Origin: Pelagomonas calceolata
Lineage: Eukaryota
Length of the DNA stretch: 64,000 nt
Direction of reading: 5' to 3'
Assembly: GCA_918797485.1 (NCBI GenBank)
Contig: CAKKNE010000003.1
Location: 434,001-498,000 of the forward strand
The notes under the pieces: generated by a model
Told to the model about the DNA's origin: nothing
The model's database searches: none
What the model saw: the letters and a program-made list of their open reading frames with translations, nothing else
Shown here: one piece after another, positions 10,189 to 21,745 of the stretch
Layout of the letters: each line of letters starts with the position of its first letter
How positions within the stretch are numbered: position 1 is the first letter of the stretch
Translations under genes and position numbers: made by a program

Positions 10189-10602
10189 ATGGCGCTGCGC
10201 GCGACCGTAAGGCGACTCGGCGACCTCAAGCCTGGCGTCCAGCCCCACCTCGAGATCTGGTCAGCAGCTGCGTCCATTCTTTCGCGCTGCCTTCGACTCA
10301 CCGCACCTTGATCGTCGCTGCTCTACTAACGAGGCGTCCACCCACGCCGCCGGCGCGACCCTACGACACGCAGGTGGAAGAAGAAGCCCAAGGACGGCGT
10401 CATCGACGGCATGGTCACGCGGACGATCAGCCCCTTCGAGCTCCAGCCCATTCGAAGCCTCTGGGACCAGTACGCGCCGGGCAACTTCCTCAACAACTTC
10501 CCGTCGCTCTGGGACATCGGGCCGGGCATCGTCGTCCTCGTGGGCACGGTCGCGTGGGCGGACTGGTACTTCGAGGTCCTCGGGCGGCACCACCGCGACT
10601 AG
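10189..10602 (+). CDS. Probable cytochrome b-c1 complex subunit 8 (QCR8/UQCRQ-like); intron 10260-10373
   Basis: Spliced 99 aa: MALRATVRRLG..IWWKKK..GMVTRTISPFELQP..single TM..WADWYF; the GT-AG intron restores the frame. Confidence 0.65.
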
Positions 10603-10674
10603 ACTCCCCTATATCCTAAGTTTGACTGATACAATTACCCGGTGTGGGAGGTTGGCAAGTTTGACTGATACAAT

Positions 10675-12595
10675 TTACTTGGTGGACGTGAGGTAGGCGT
10701 GCTGCTCGAGTTCCGCGACGGTCGGCCGCTCCAGCGACGAGTGCGCCAGGCACTTCCGGCAGAAGTCCTTGGCCGCGTCGCTAATCTTCGGAGTGGCAGG
10801 AAAATCCACCGACGTCGCGCGCAGCATCGTCCGGTCGCGAAGGATGGCCTGCTGCGTAACACCATCGCCGAACGGCTTTTTGCCGTACAGCATCTGGTAG
10901 AAGATGACGCCGACGCTCCAGACGTCGACCTTGCCCGACACCGTGACACTGCCATGAGTCTGAAAGCACTCGGGCGGCAGGTACCAGTACGTACCCGCAC
11001 CTTGACTGGTGAGCTCGACGCTGAGGGGCCCCTGGGACATACTACCGTCAGGCACGATCTTGCTCAATCCAAAATCCGTGATCTTCGCATCACCTCGCTG
11101 ATCGAATAATATATTGCCCGGTTTCAAATCATAATGAATAATCGCTCGTCTGCGATCGTTACCCGTACCAGTAGGAGCGTGTAAGTACTTTAATCCTGAT
11201 AGAATTTGTAGCAAGATAGCCTTGGCGTCGTTCTCCTTCAGGCGCCCTCGCTCCCGCAACAACAGGTCCAAGTCGTCGCCGGAGCAGTACTCAAGGACCG
11301 TCGCAAAGGTGTCCGCGTCGACTTCGAAGACGTCATGTAAGCGTACGATGCGATCGTGCTGCAAGTCCCTCTGTATCGAATATTCGCGCGCCGCGTGCCG
11401 CACGTAGGCCCGCTTCTTCTCGTCGCCCCAGGAAGAATCTAGCGTGTGAAACTTGACGGCCACATGTCGACAGGCATCTAGGTCGTATGATAGCCAGACC
11501 TCGCTGAAGCCGCCCTTGCCCAGCAAACGCTGTAGTAAGTATTTCCCATGTAAGGTCGGTCGATGCTTGAAGACGGACGCGTCCTCGCACCTTACGCGCT
11601 GCCATTCTCGGGCATGGGTCAGCTTCCTTTGGTGTAAGCGAGCCTTCTCGCCCGCTAGTAACTCTTCGTCTTTCTTGAGCTTGCGCGCCCGATACTTGGC
11701 CGCCTCGTCGGCCGTCGCCCCGTCGAGACCTGCGCGGAGCATCGCGGTCTCGCGACGCGGTCCGAATGGCCTCAAACTCGAAAAAGAAACCACCCACGAC
11801 CTCGTCTGATGGAGACGAGTCGCGTCGATGGCGTAAGGCTGCCGGAAGGCCACAGGACGCCGCAATCAAACCCTTCTTCTTGCTTTCTCTGATACTTCTC
11901 TTCACCTTCGTCTCGTCCTCCCTACGTCTCCTCAGTTCTTCTTCTCTATCTTTCAAGCGTCTAGCCGCATCACCGTCCTCCCAGGCGTCGCGCCCTCCGA
12001 GAGAACCGGCCACATAAGTAGCTCTACCTAGCTCGAACGCCGCATCAGCAACATCTCTGCGAGCCTTCCTCGCATCAGCCTCGGCCGTGGCCCGCAGTGC
12101 ATGCTCGAGGGCGTCGCGTGTGAGTTGCAGCTTCTGGCGCGTCGCCTCGCCCTCCTTCGACGCCGCTTCTCTCACCCTTTCCAACTCCTGGCTCAGCCCG
12201 CTCGCCTTGGCTTCGGCTTTTGATAGACGCTCGTCTCCACCATCCGACGAGGCGCGTTTTGATGTGGGGAGCTTGCGCGGCTGCGCCGATTTGCGTCTAG
12301 CTGGTGGCGGGCCCATGCCGTCGCCGGCCTTGCGTTTCAAAGGGCTTGGTTCGCGGGGCGCCGGGGCGCCGGGGGGCAGCACACCGGTCATCGAGCTTGA
12401 GCCAGATGCGGGCTTCGTGGATACGCCCTCGCGCGACGTGGCGGGCGACCGGAAGCCGACCTCCGTGACGGGAGGGTCGAGCGACGTCGCCGCGGCCGGC
12501 GCGAAGGCGCTCGAGGCTTCCGAGCCCGTGAGGCCCCTCATGCGCGCTTCCAGAAGCACAGCTTTTCGTTGCTGGGCGGCGGCGGTGGAAGCCAT
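10675..12595 (-). CDS. TLK: Tousled-like serine/threonine kinase; intron 11730-11871
   Basis: Coiled coil then LLGKGGFSEV, HAAREYSI, IIHYDLKPGN, ELTSQGAGTYWYLPPECF; two ORFs joined in frame (KKKG|LDG) by a GT-AG intron. Start could lie further upstream. Confidence 0.92.
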
Positions 12596-12801
12596 CGTGG
12601 GCTCGCGCTGCGCGGCGTCGGCGCTCGGCAGCAGGGCGGCGGTGACCTGCTGCTCTTGTAGCGTCTGGTAGCGCGCGGGAGCGGCTTTCGCTGGCCCGGA
12701 GCCGAAGTACGGCAGCGCGGGGAAGCTATGGAAGGATGAGCGCGTCCAGAAAGGCCCACGTTCCTCCAATTATTCAAAATCGACTCCCAGAGGCTGGCCG
12801 A

Positions 12802-12826
12802 GCTAGCGGACTTGTAAGACACTAGC
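12802..12826 (+). promoter_or_regulatory. CTAG-N15-CTAG motif
   Basis: GCTAGCGGACTTGTAAGACACTAGC about 200 bp upstream of TLK. Confidence 0.7.
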
Positions 12827-12905
12827 ACGCGAAAATCGGAACCAGCATGCAGCCGTTTGAGTATCGTTCCGTTCGATACTGGTCCAAAGAGATCGATGGG
12901 ACACT

Positions 12906-13314
12906 TACTGGGGGCCGAAAAAGAATTTTTTTTAATTCGCGGCCGAGGGCGCCCTACGGTCTGTGGCGGCCGCTCCGGTTTAATCCTGTCAATCCGTGGT
13001 CCTGAGGTGTCCCTGGGGTCGCTTTGGGTCAGAGTATACATGGTTAGTCGCCTATACCGCATGCGCCCGGGCTCGGGGCATAATCGACCAATTCTCTCAT
13101 CACTACAGGTCTGTTGACTATGAATTACTTGGCAATGGCTTCCAGAGCCTTTGGGGGCCCCAAGAATCGGCGCATGCGGTGCAGGCGACTACCCACTACC
13201 AGACCTACCTCGAGAGGCCTCCAGGAGCCGATCCACCCCCGAAAAAAGTGTGCAATTTGGACCCGATGGCGCCCCGTCCCCGTAAAAAACGTCAATTTTT
13301 CTAGGGCCCCAGTA
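12906..13314. mobile_element. Candidate MITE with short terminal inverted repeats bounded by TA
   Basis: TACTGGGGGCC (12906) vs GGGCCCCAGTA (to 13314), 10/11 inverted match, imperfectly extended by A/T tracts; noncoding; single copy in the window. Confidence 0.35.
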
Positions 13315-14277
13315 GTCGCTGTAGCGGTCTCGCTGGGTCCCATACTACCCCACCGATAGTCAATTACAAGTATATGACATCTACACCACGAGAAGGGTAC
13401 TTTGGGCTGCCCACGCTCGGGACGTGAACATCTGCATCTGGAGCTCGCTTAAGTCGGTCGATCATAGAGCAAACGATCGCATCATGGTACATGGTGATGG
13501 TACAAGCGCTGATGGTCGCAGGCTCAGGTATTTTGCCAGAATTGAGGAGATATTGGGGTCGCGTGTTGGCGGAGCCGCGCCGAGCATCTTTGGGTCTCGG
13601 AGCAATGTAGTACACAATCAAGCCGGTTATCTGGCCCGCCCCACAACTAAAGCGCCTGAAACGCAAATTTATTATATAAACCACCGGTCTGGGGCCTTTC
13701 CGGTGCTCCGTCTCCGTACCGTCGTCCGCGGAGAACGGGCAAGTCGGTCGATTGTGAATAGAACAACGGGATTATGGTCCACCTGGATGGTGTCGTCGCT
13801 GATAGTCGCGGATCCAGGTTATTTTGCCATCTTTGCCTAAACGTGGGCTCGCGGATCTGTCGTTTCGCGCGGCTCTAACGGGTCATCTAAAATAGCTCAG
13901 TAGTCGCTGATTCGACTTAAATGTAATCTACCACCAACAAACGGAAGGAAACGAACATAAACGCGAGAGTTGTCTAGTAGAATTCCTTTCCCGCCCTCCG
14001 AGCGCGCGCCGTCGGCTCCGGTTCCGTCGATTGTGTATGAAAACTGGGCTGGAGTTGATATAATGCACTATCTAGGTAGTGGATGGTGGCGTCAATCGCT
14101 GGTGTATTTTGGCGAGCCGTAAGTCTCATCCGCGAATGTCGCGGGCGGTGCCTTCCGGGAGGCGCGAGGGTATGTTCCCGGGCCTCTACTCTGAACTATT
14201 TGGTCTCAGCGAACGACCAGGATGTATTCTGAATTTTGGTCATGCTTTTGACGCTATCGAAGCGTATCTTTGAATTT

Positions 14278-14300
14278 GCTAGTGTGTCCATTACGCTAGC
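14278..14300 (-). promoter_or_regulatory. CTAG-N13-CTAG motif (orphan copy)
   Basis: Reverse complement GCTAGCGTAATGGACACACTAGC; no recognisable gene start nearby. Confidence 0.5.
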
Positions 14301-14484
14301 TCCGTTTTGGCTCTTTGCCACGACGCGCGGTGTCTCCCCCCCAGGGGCTCCGCCCACTAGTCCTAGCACCGTAACAATACGTGTATTTTGACTCTTTGCA
14401 CTGCTGCCGTGCGCCATTGCAGCCGGAAAAAGTTGGCTGGCTCCGCGGTACACAAGGTTCACAACGAGAAAAAGTTAGGGAGAC

Positions 14485-15168
14485 CTATGAGTCAGTCGGC
14501 GACGGGCGGTCAGCCTCCGGGTTCGCGCGGCGGCGCCGTCGCCGCGCTTGGAGCTCCTTCAGGCGCGCGAGCTCTGCCGCGAGGGAGTCGATGCGACGTT
14601 GCAACGCCGCGTCTTCTTCGTCCACGGCGGCGGCGCGGGGCGGCGTCGGCGTCGTCGGCGTCGAGGCGCGCGCCGAGGTCCCGAGGGGCGGCGGCGGCGG
14701 CACGACGACGCCGGCCCGAGACCCGCCGCCGGAGAACGTCCGTCGCCGCGCCGCCGGGCTCGGCGAGCGCCGCGAGATAGGCGTCGACGCACGTCTGGCG
14801 GGGCTCGGCGACCGCCGCGAGACGGAAGTCGGCGTCGACGCGCGCCGGCGCCGCGCGGCCGCGTCCGCGGCCCCCGTCGCCTGGCGCGCCATCGGCGACG
14901 GCGACCGCGCGCGGCGCGCGGCGGCGCGCGGCGGCGAGAAGAAGAAGCCGTCTCCGCCACGGGGCGACGCCTTCCTCACCTCGGCGACGGCTTCGCGCAC
15001 GGCAGACTTCATCTCGCGGAGGTCGCCGCTGTTGAGCCGCGACCGCGGCGACCGCGGCGAGGTCCGCCGCTGCGGCGACCGGAGCTGGGCGTCCCTCAGG
15101 AGCGCGAGCTCCTCGGTGGAGCAGCGGAGGAGCTCATGAGCGCTATTCGAGTCCAGGACGCTGTCCAT
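14485..15168 (-). CDS. Hypothetical low-complexity Arg/Ser/Pro-rich protein
   Basis: Open frame with repeated RRSPSPA/RASTP and a short C-terminal coiled coil; first ATG at 15168; start uncertain. Confidence 0.5.
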   Translation of the reverse strand: MDSVLDSNSAHELLRCSTEELALLRDAQLRSPQRRTSPRSPRSRLNSGDLREMKSAVREAVAEVRKASPRGGDGFFFSPPRAAARRARSPSPMARQATGAADAAARRRRASTPTSVSRRSPSPARRASTPISRRSPSPAARRRTFSGGGSRAGVVVPPPPPLGTSARASTPTTPTPPRAAAVDEEDAALQRRIDSLAAELARLKELQARRRRRRANPEADRPSPTDS

Positions 15169-15370
15169 CCTCAGAAAACACGACAGTCGATCGCTGCCCA
15201 GCGCTACGTCTCGAGACAAGGTCACCTTGTTTGGGCTCTGCGGCGGCTCAGGACGGGCGGTCTTCGGCACGGATGATATGCGCGATCGTTGGGTCCCAGA
15301 CGACTATGTTGCTTCGCTACAGCACTGCTCTGCTCGCCGTACAGCGTCTGTGGAGCTGGGCCGGCTGTTT

Positions 15371-15393
15371 GCTAGTGTCTTACAGACGCTAGC
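15371..15393 (-). promoter_or_regulatory. CTAG-N13-CTAG motif
   Basis: Reverse complement GCTAGCGTCTGTAAGACACTAGC between divergent genes. Confidence 0.7.
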
Positions 15394-15561
15394 CTGATCG
15401 AGCGCTCTCAGCCTTTATTGAAGCCACCACTCTCGCCAGGTGGAGCCAATTGCAATCAAACGATTGCAAAAAATATCTTCAGAGACTCCAACGCTCTTCG
15501 CTGAAGCAAGCAGCTCTCTGCACCAGAGCCCACGTGATCAGCTCGACACTGTCAGGAGACC

Positions 15562-16408
15562 ATGCTGCTGCGCAATCTATTTTTCGCGGCCGCGACGGCG
15601 CACGCCTTCGTGCTCCCGCCCGCGCCGCGGACGACGCGGCTGCAGATGATGCCGCCGAAGCCCGGCGACATGACGCCCGAGTCCATGCGCCAGGCCGCCG
15701 ACGCCCTGAAGACGCTCAAGCCGGACCAAATTCAACAAATGCTCAAGGAGGTCGAGGACATGTCGCCCCAGGAGCGCGAGCGCCTCAAGGGGATGGGCAT
15801 CAACCCGGACATGCTCAAGATGTCCATGAAGGTCATGAACTGTGTCGTCTGTCCTCCACGCCATCGGCGCAACACGTTCCACACAGGTCATGAAGGCCAA
15901 CCCCAACGTCATCAAGATGGCGCAGGAGCAGATGGCCAAGATGTCGCCCGAGCAGATGAAGCAGGCCAGTGATTTGGCCCAGAAGCAGATGGAGGCCATG
16001 GCGCCGGAGGACCTGGAGAAGATGGCCGACAGCGCCATCGCCGGCGCGGGCGGGCCGGTCGTCGACGTCGACGTGGAGGAAGACGCGCCGGCGCGGAACG
16101 CGCGCGACGAGGCGTTGGTTGATGCGCTGTTCGTCGTGGCCGCGGCCATGTCGAAGCAGCCCGGCGCCGTGACGCTCGAGGCCTTCAAGCAGCTGCCTCC
16201 TATACAATCGCTGCGGGGCGAGCTGCCCGACGACCTGTCCGACGCGGAAATCGCGGACGCGTGGGCCGAGGCGGGCCTCGCCGTGGGCGCCGCGGCCGAC
16301 AAGACGGCGTTCACGCGCGCCTGGCTGGCGCTGGACCAGCTCTACGACGACGACATGATGGTCGAGGCGCGGCGGCCCCCTAAGAAGACGCGCGCCCCCG
16401 ACGTATAA
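15562..16408 (+). CDS. Probably plastid-targeted Met/Gln-rich STI1-like repeat protein; intron 15832-15886
   Basis: Leader ..AAATAHA-FV (heterokont ASAFAP-like); MSPEQM/PDML repeats; the intron joins two ORFs in frame. Confidence 0.7.
15840..15886 (+). mobile_element. Introner-like mini element (47 bp) with perfect 8-bp TSD
   Basis: GTCATGAA-[CTGTGT...ACACAG]-GTCATGAA; donor GT from the TSD, acceptor AG from the TIR. Confidence 0.8.
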
Positions 16409-16767
16409 TCAGAGGATCGTGACTACGCCTACAACTAGAAACTTTGAGCCGACCCTTCTTACCCGGGCGCCGGATCAGAGGGTCGTTCGTTCGTCGTGAC
16501 TACGTTACACTAGAATTTCAAAGAGCCGACCCTTACTCGGGCGACACGCGGCGTAGTCGTGCTCGGGGGAAGAGGAAGGGCGCGCGGCTCCGGCGTCGTC
16601 TCGCGCCGCGGCCCGTTTGGGGGAGGGAGACTGTCGAAACAGCCCTTGAAAGGAGCCGCCTTCGGCGCGGCCCCGTCGTCTAGTTCTTTTTGTAGCAATA
16701 GCCACCAGTGACGCCATGTCCCACACCCGAGATAGAGGTGCCAGCCGTGACAGAGAGCGTGAACCCA

Positions 16768-17856
16768 CTAGGACACGAGGGAATACTTCCCGGATATATG
16801 AGCTGGCAAAGGATGCCGCCCCAGTCCTGGCCATACTCGTACCCCTTGCAACCCGAGATACAGGCTCCGAAGTAGGCAATCGCTCTCGGGCACGCCCGGG
16901 CAGATTGTGGAATTGGCCGTGCAGAGCTCCATTGGCGCGAGGTTCACCTCACTACAAAGCGGGAGCTCTCCGGCCACGGCGGCGCACTCGGCTTCGTCCG
17001 GCACGCCGAGCTGCGGACAGCTCGGCAGCGTCGGCGGCAGCGTCGGAATCGCGCTCGTCGGCGGGATCGTGGGCGCGGCCGTCGTCGGCAACGACGACGG
17101 CGCCGGGATCGTCGGGACGGCCGACGGCGCCGCGGACGGCGTGCGCGACGGGCTCGGAGTGGGCGCCGGGACGGGCATCGCCGTCGGACTTGGAGAGGGC
17201 CCGGTGGGCTGCGGCGTCGGCGGCGACGACGTCGGGCCGAGCGTCGGCGACAGGGACGGCGCCGCCGTCGGCGCGATCGTCGGCTCGAAGCCGTTGACCG
17301 GCGGGTCGTCGCCATTATACACCTGGGCCTCGGCGGCGACGGACGGCGTGTCGACGATCTTGGAGCGCACGTTGCCCGGCGCGCCGATGGCCGCGATCGA
17401 GTCCGACTCCATGGCGACGACGTCGCAGGCGACGCCGACGCCGCCGCCCACGAGACCGGACAGGTCCACGTCGTTCGATAACGTGATCGTGAAGACCCCC
17501 AACCGCGTGACGCCGGCGACGGCGGCCGCCTGGAACGTGCACGTGAGGCCGATGTAGCGCGCGCCGACGGGCGGCACGTTCACCGACGCGTCGCACGTGA
17601 AGTTGTTCCGGTCGTTGCCCTCGATGCCGTCCTCATAGAGGTCCGTCGTCCAGAAGCCCAGCGTCGCGTTGTAGCCGTCGGGGAAGAGGCACTCGGCCTG
17701 CAGCGTCCTTAAGTACGAGTTCTCCTCGGGGTTCGCCCAGATGTGCGTGTGGAAGAGGAACCCGCCCGCCGGCGAGGGTTCGGCCGTCGTCGTGTCGAAG
17801 AAGTAGGGCGCGTAGTTGTTCTGGCCGTCCGTGCCCGAGTCGATGTCGCCCGGCGC
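16768..17856 (-). CDS. Exon of an extracellular-type protein with PT.AP mucin-like repeats; gene model incomplete
   Basis: Frame stays open from a TTTTGCACTCTAG acceptor (17857) through PTAAPS/PTPSPS repeats; first exon and true end not resolved. Confidence 0.55.
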   Translation of the reverse strand, partial: APGDIDSGTDGQNNYAPYFFDTTTAEPSPAGGFLFHTHIWANPEENSYLRTLQAECLFPDGYNATLGFWTTDLYEDGIEGNDRNNFTCDASVNVPPVGARYIGLTCTFQAAAVAGVTRLGVFTITLSNDVDLSGLVGGGVGVACDVVAMESDSIAAIGAPGNVRSKIVDTPSVAAEAQVYNGDDPPVNGFEPTIAPTAAPSLSPTLGPTSSPPTPQPTGPSPSPTAMPVPAPTPSPSRTPSAAPSAVPTIPAPSSLPTTAAPTIPPTSAIPTLPPTLPSCPQLGVPDEAECAAVAGELPLCSEVNLAPMELCTANSTICPGVPESDCLLRSLYLGLQGVRVWPGLGRHPLPAHISGKYSLVS

Positions 17857-18295
17857 CTAGAGTGCAAAACCCGTGTCGGGATCGACCGACCTCTCCCGGC
17901 AGCCCATCGAAACCCTCACACACGGAAAGCTCCAACGCCCCGACGACAGAATACCTCGTAAAAAAATCGCCTAGCCCGCCGCGGCCGCCGCCGTTGCGCC
18001 CTCGCCCAAAAACGCAAAACCTACGCAAAGCCCTCCCACCCGTCCCCACGCCTCCCGAGCGCCCCAAAACCGCCACCCAAGGACCGCGAGCTCGACTTCG
18101 AAACCCCCGGCGGTTTCGCCTTGTGAGAGCTGCCCCGACGCCTGCGCGCTAATCTCCGAGCCGCCGCGACGCCGCGCCGGCGACCGAGGCAAGGCGGCGT
18201 CGTACGCCTACGTCGTATCTCCCCAACAACGCCGTCGTATTGCCCCGCGAGGCAGCCCAAAGCCAAGAGCGACAGCTGCAGCCCCGACACCAGCC

Positions 18296-20723
18296 ATGGC
18301 CATCGAGGCCCCCCGCGGCCCGATGTCACCACAGTCGCGGCCCGGCACTTCTGGTAGACCGTCGACGCGCTGCTCGACGGCCCGTTCATCATTGGGCAGC
18401 GGCCGCCGTCAAAGGGTCGAGACGGGTGCCACGAACAGGCCCCGCAACAAACACAAGAAGAAGAAGGACCCGTCCGTGCCGCTCATGACGTCGGCCAAGG
18501 CCCAAGCTAGAGAAAAGCTCACACCGCATATAGGCGAGTGGAAGCAGCCGCCGGGCGCCGCGGCCGTCGACCGGTCCGCGGCCTTTCGTACAAGACGGCT
18601 CAACACGGAGCGCGACCGCCCCCTCCAGATGGCGACCTGGGGCCCCACGACCGTGCCGCGGCCCGGCCGCACCTGGATCAGTGAAAGCCAGCAGATGCAG
18701 ACCACTCTGAGGGATGCCGAGGAAATTGCAGCCAACGAGAGTGATGAATTCGAAGTGATAGAAAGGGAAAAGGCGCGCAAGGCCTTCATGATCAACGCCC
18801 AGAACGAGCGCGTCACGAACAAGGCGCGGGAAAGGCTCGCTCAATTAGCGCTCCATAAATATGGGGGCGTGCGCCAGATGTTCGATTGCCTCGATAGGAA
18901 CAACGACAAGGAGCTGTCGTTGGACGAGTTCTCGCACGCTCTTAAGAGGAGGAACCTCGAGAAGCTGTTCCCGCGGCGCGTATGCGGCGTCCTCGCTGGA
19001 ATTGGGTCGCGTCGATGGCGTCAACGCGGTGCCACGTCGCCCCGATGGCGTCAGAGCGTCTGTGCGTCTCGTGAGAGAGCCTCGTGAAACCCCACGCCAT
19101 CGAGCAAAACACCGCGCAGGGACCAGCAGCGCCTCGTCTACGACGCCATCGACAAGGACTTCTCGGAATCTGTAGAAGTGGAAGAAATGGTCGACTGGCT
19201 CGAGAAGGACCCCCGCGCGGCTGCTGCGCGTCGAGCGAACGAGAAGTTGTTGCGGTCCCAGGAAGATAGAAATATCGGGGAGATCACGCTGCCGCCGCAC
19301 CTCCGCGAGGTCAAGGACCGCATCGCGGACGAAGTGTATAAGAGAACAAGGGCCACAAAGACGGAGGAGGGCAACCTGCGGCAGGACGAATACTTGATTA
19401 ATGGGCTGCAGAACTGGGACGTCCAGAACCGAAGCAAGGGCGACGGCACGCTGTCGCCCCGGGAGATCGTGGACGCGCTCGGGCCGAAGTACCTGAATCT
19501 CGGCGTCCCCGACGCCGAGGTGCGGGAACTGGTCGACTATTTGGATCTCGGCGAGCAATGCAAAATCAAGCAATTCGTAAAAAAGTTAGAAATTGGGGAC
19601 CACGCGCCGGACTTCAACCCGTTCTTCGACGCGAGGGACCGCGAGTTAGTGAGTCTGAAAAGAACCATCGCGGCGCCCTGGCAGTGGGAGGCGACCGACG
19701 AGTTGCTCGCCAAATCGAAGGAGCTGCAGGGGTATAGCACGTCACCCATAAAAAAACGAGCTCAAACCGCGTCGCCCACCTACGGGCGGAGGAGAAGGAC
19801 GCTAGGACCGGAAGTGGACCGCTACGTGAGACCGCTATGTACCAGTCGTAGCTTGGAGCGCCACCACGAGATCATGTCAAGAGATCGGGCCGAACATTCG
19901 ACGGCCGTAGCCAAGGAAGCCCTCACGCCCTGCGACGACAGCGAGGGCGTCTTCGATGATATGCGTCGTACAAGAACGCAGCAGATGGCGGGCATCTGTC
20001 CGAGATTCGTGCCGCAAGAACCGACGGACTGGACGAGAACGGGACTAGGGGGCGACGGCATGTCGCCCAAGTCCGGCGTTTACCTGGACCCCACGCAACG
20101 CTTCGGGACGACGACCAATAGATACTACACGCCCATCATCTACGAGCCGAACAAGCCTTGCCGGAGGGAGAACGTGTCCGATTCGACGCGAGACTTCCGG
20201 AAGCGCCAGGCTCTCAAGGCCGCGCGGAAAGCTCGAGGGAGATATCATAGAGATAGGTACGCGGAGAACCGATTGTTCGAGGAGCAGACCCGTATTCACA
20301 CCAGCGTCCTTACGCCATCGCCGCGACGGCGTTTGCTCGACGGCGCGACCCCCCACGCCATCGCCGCGACGGCGTCCCTCCCTCGCAGGCTTCATGAACG
20401 AGGAACAAAAAGTGAAGGAAAAGGCCAAGGCCATGCTCGACTACTTCCAGACGACGTATGAGCGCGACCTCTTCGCCACGCGGTGCCAGCCGCCCGAGAA
20501 CATGCAGCGGAAATCGAACAAGGTCCTCTACGACCGGATGTGGGGCGGCTCGCGCCAGAACATGCTTCATTCGGTGAACAAGAAGAACCTCGGGTATCCA
20601 CCGACGACGGAAACTCTGAGAACGCAGCCTCTGCTCGATCACCTCGCGGCGACGCGGTCGCGCGACGTCGCGGGCGACGCGGCGCGGCGCGCGGCGGCGC
20701 TGCCGGCGCACGTCACGGCTTGA
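18296..20723 (+). CDS. EF-hand domain protein; introns 18976-19119 (GC-AG) and 20292-20388
   Basis: FDCLDRNNDKELSLDEF, IDKDFSESVEVEE, GDGTLSPREI; three ORFs joined in frame. Confidence 0.75.
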
Positions 20724-20763
20724 TCTCTGATCGCTCGTAAGTTCCGTCGTTTATTTATATTGT

Positions 20764-21075
20764 TTACGCGGGCCTCGTCGACGGCGTTTCGCGGGCGCGG
20801 AGATTGGCTCGGGCGTCTCGCAGGGATTGCTCAACCCCCTCTGTGAGCGGGTTCGCGCTACCGAACACGCGCCGGACGATTCGAGCCGTGTCCTCGAGCA
20901 CCTTTACGGCCTCGCGGAGATCGTCGAGCGTGGCGGCCGGGTCCGCGTAGAGCGCCCCAGCGTAATTCCACCTCGCCTTGAGCGTGAGTTCATTACTCTC
21001 TCCGAGACCGCGCAACGCCACGGGCATCGTTTTGCGCAACAATTTCCTGGCTTCTGTGAACTGATCTCGACTAAT
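20764..21075 (-). pseudogene. 5'-truncated fragment of the MYND-RINGv-TPR family (C-terminus only)
   Basis: LRKTMPVA..ALYADPAATLDDLREAV..RARETPS matches the family C-terminus; no N-terminal domains. Confidence 0.75.
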
Positions 21076-21079
21076 AATC

Positions 21080-21718
21080 GGCTGGGCGTGCTGGAAGACG
21101 TATGTAGGCCGACCGGCGAACTTTCAAATCAGTGCGATGACGCAGCTCGGGAACGGTTTATCCCAGGCAGATCACAACGAGGACGCATTGTCCGTGAGAG
21201 AGGCCGAATTGGCTATGCGACGGCGCATTGGCGCATCAGAACACGAATTGCTCATCGTGCAGAGCAACATTGCGAGCACGTATGCTAAGCTGGGACGTCA
21301 TGAAGAGGCCCTGTGCGTGAGGCAGGAAACATTCTCGGGAACATTGAAGCTCCATGGCGAGCAGCATAGCGAAACGCTGATAGAAGCCAACAGCTACGCA
21401 ACGTCCCTTTTTCGTCTACAACGCTTCGAAGAAAGCAAGTCGCTGCTCCGCAAAACGATGTCCGTGGCGCGGCGCATTTTAGGGGATTCACATCACCTCA
21501 CGCTACAGATGAGGGCGAATTACGCGGCGGCGCTCTTCTCGGACACCGATGCCACGCTCGCCGATCTCCGCGTGGCCGTGACGACGCTCGAGGATTTGAC
21601 ACGGACCGCGCGGCGCGTCCTCGGTGCCGCGCACCCGCTCGCATCGGGGATTGAGCACAATCTACGAAAGTCGCGAGCCGCGCTCCGCGCCCGCGAAACG
21701 CCGTCGACGCGCGCGTAA
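21080..21718 (+). pseudogene. 5'-truncated MYND-RINGv-TPR family member (TPR part only)
   Basis: Homology starts abruptly at GWACWKTYVGRP (21080) with an in-frame stop at 21062; could still be translated from ATG 21137. Confidence 0.7.
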
Positions 21719-21745
21719 GAAAACGCCACGAGAATAAATACAACA

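Noticed and set aside
12847..13840. Short ORFs (12847, 13364, 13424) as a possible transposase or viral gene
   Set aside because: No recognisable motifs and atypical codon usage; removing the candidate MITE does not restore a long frame.
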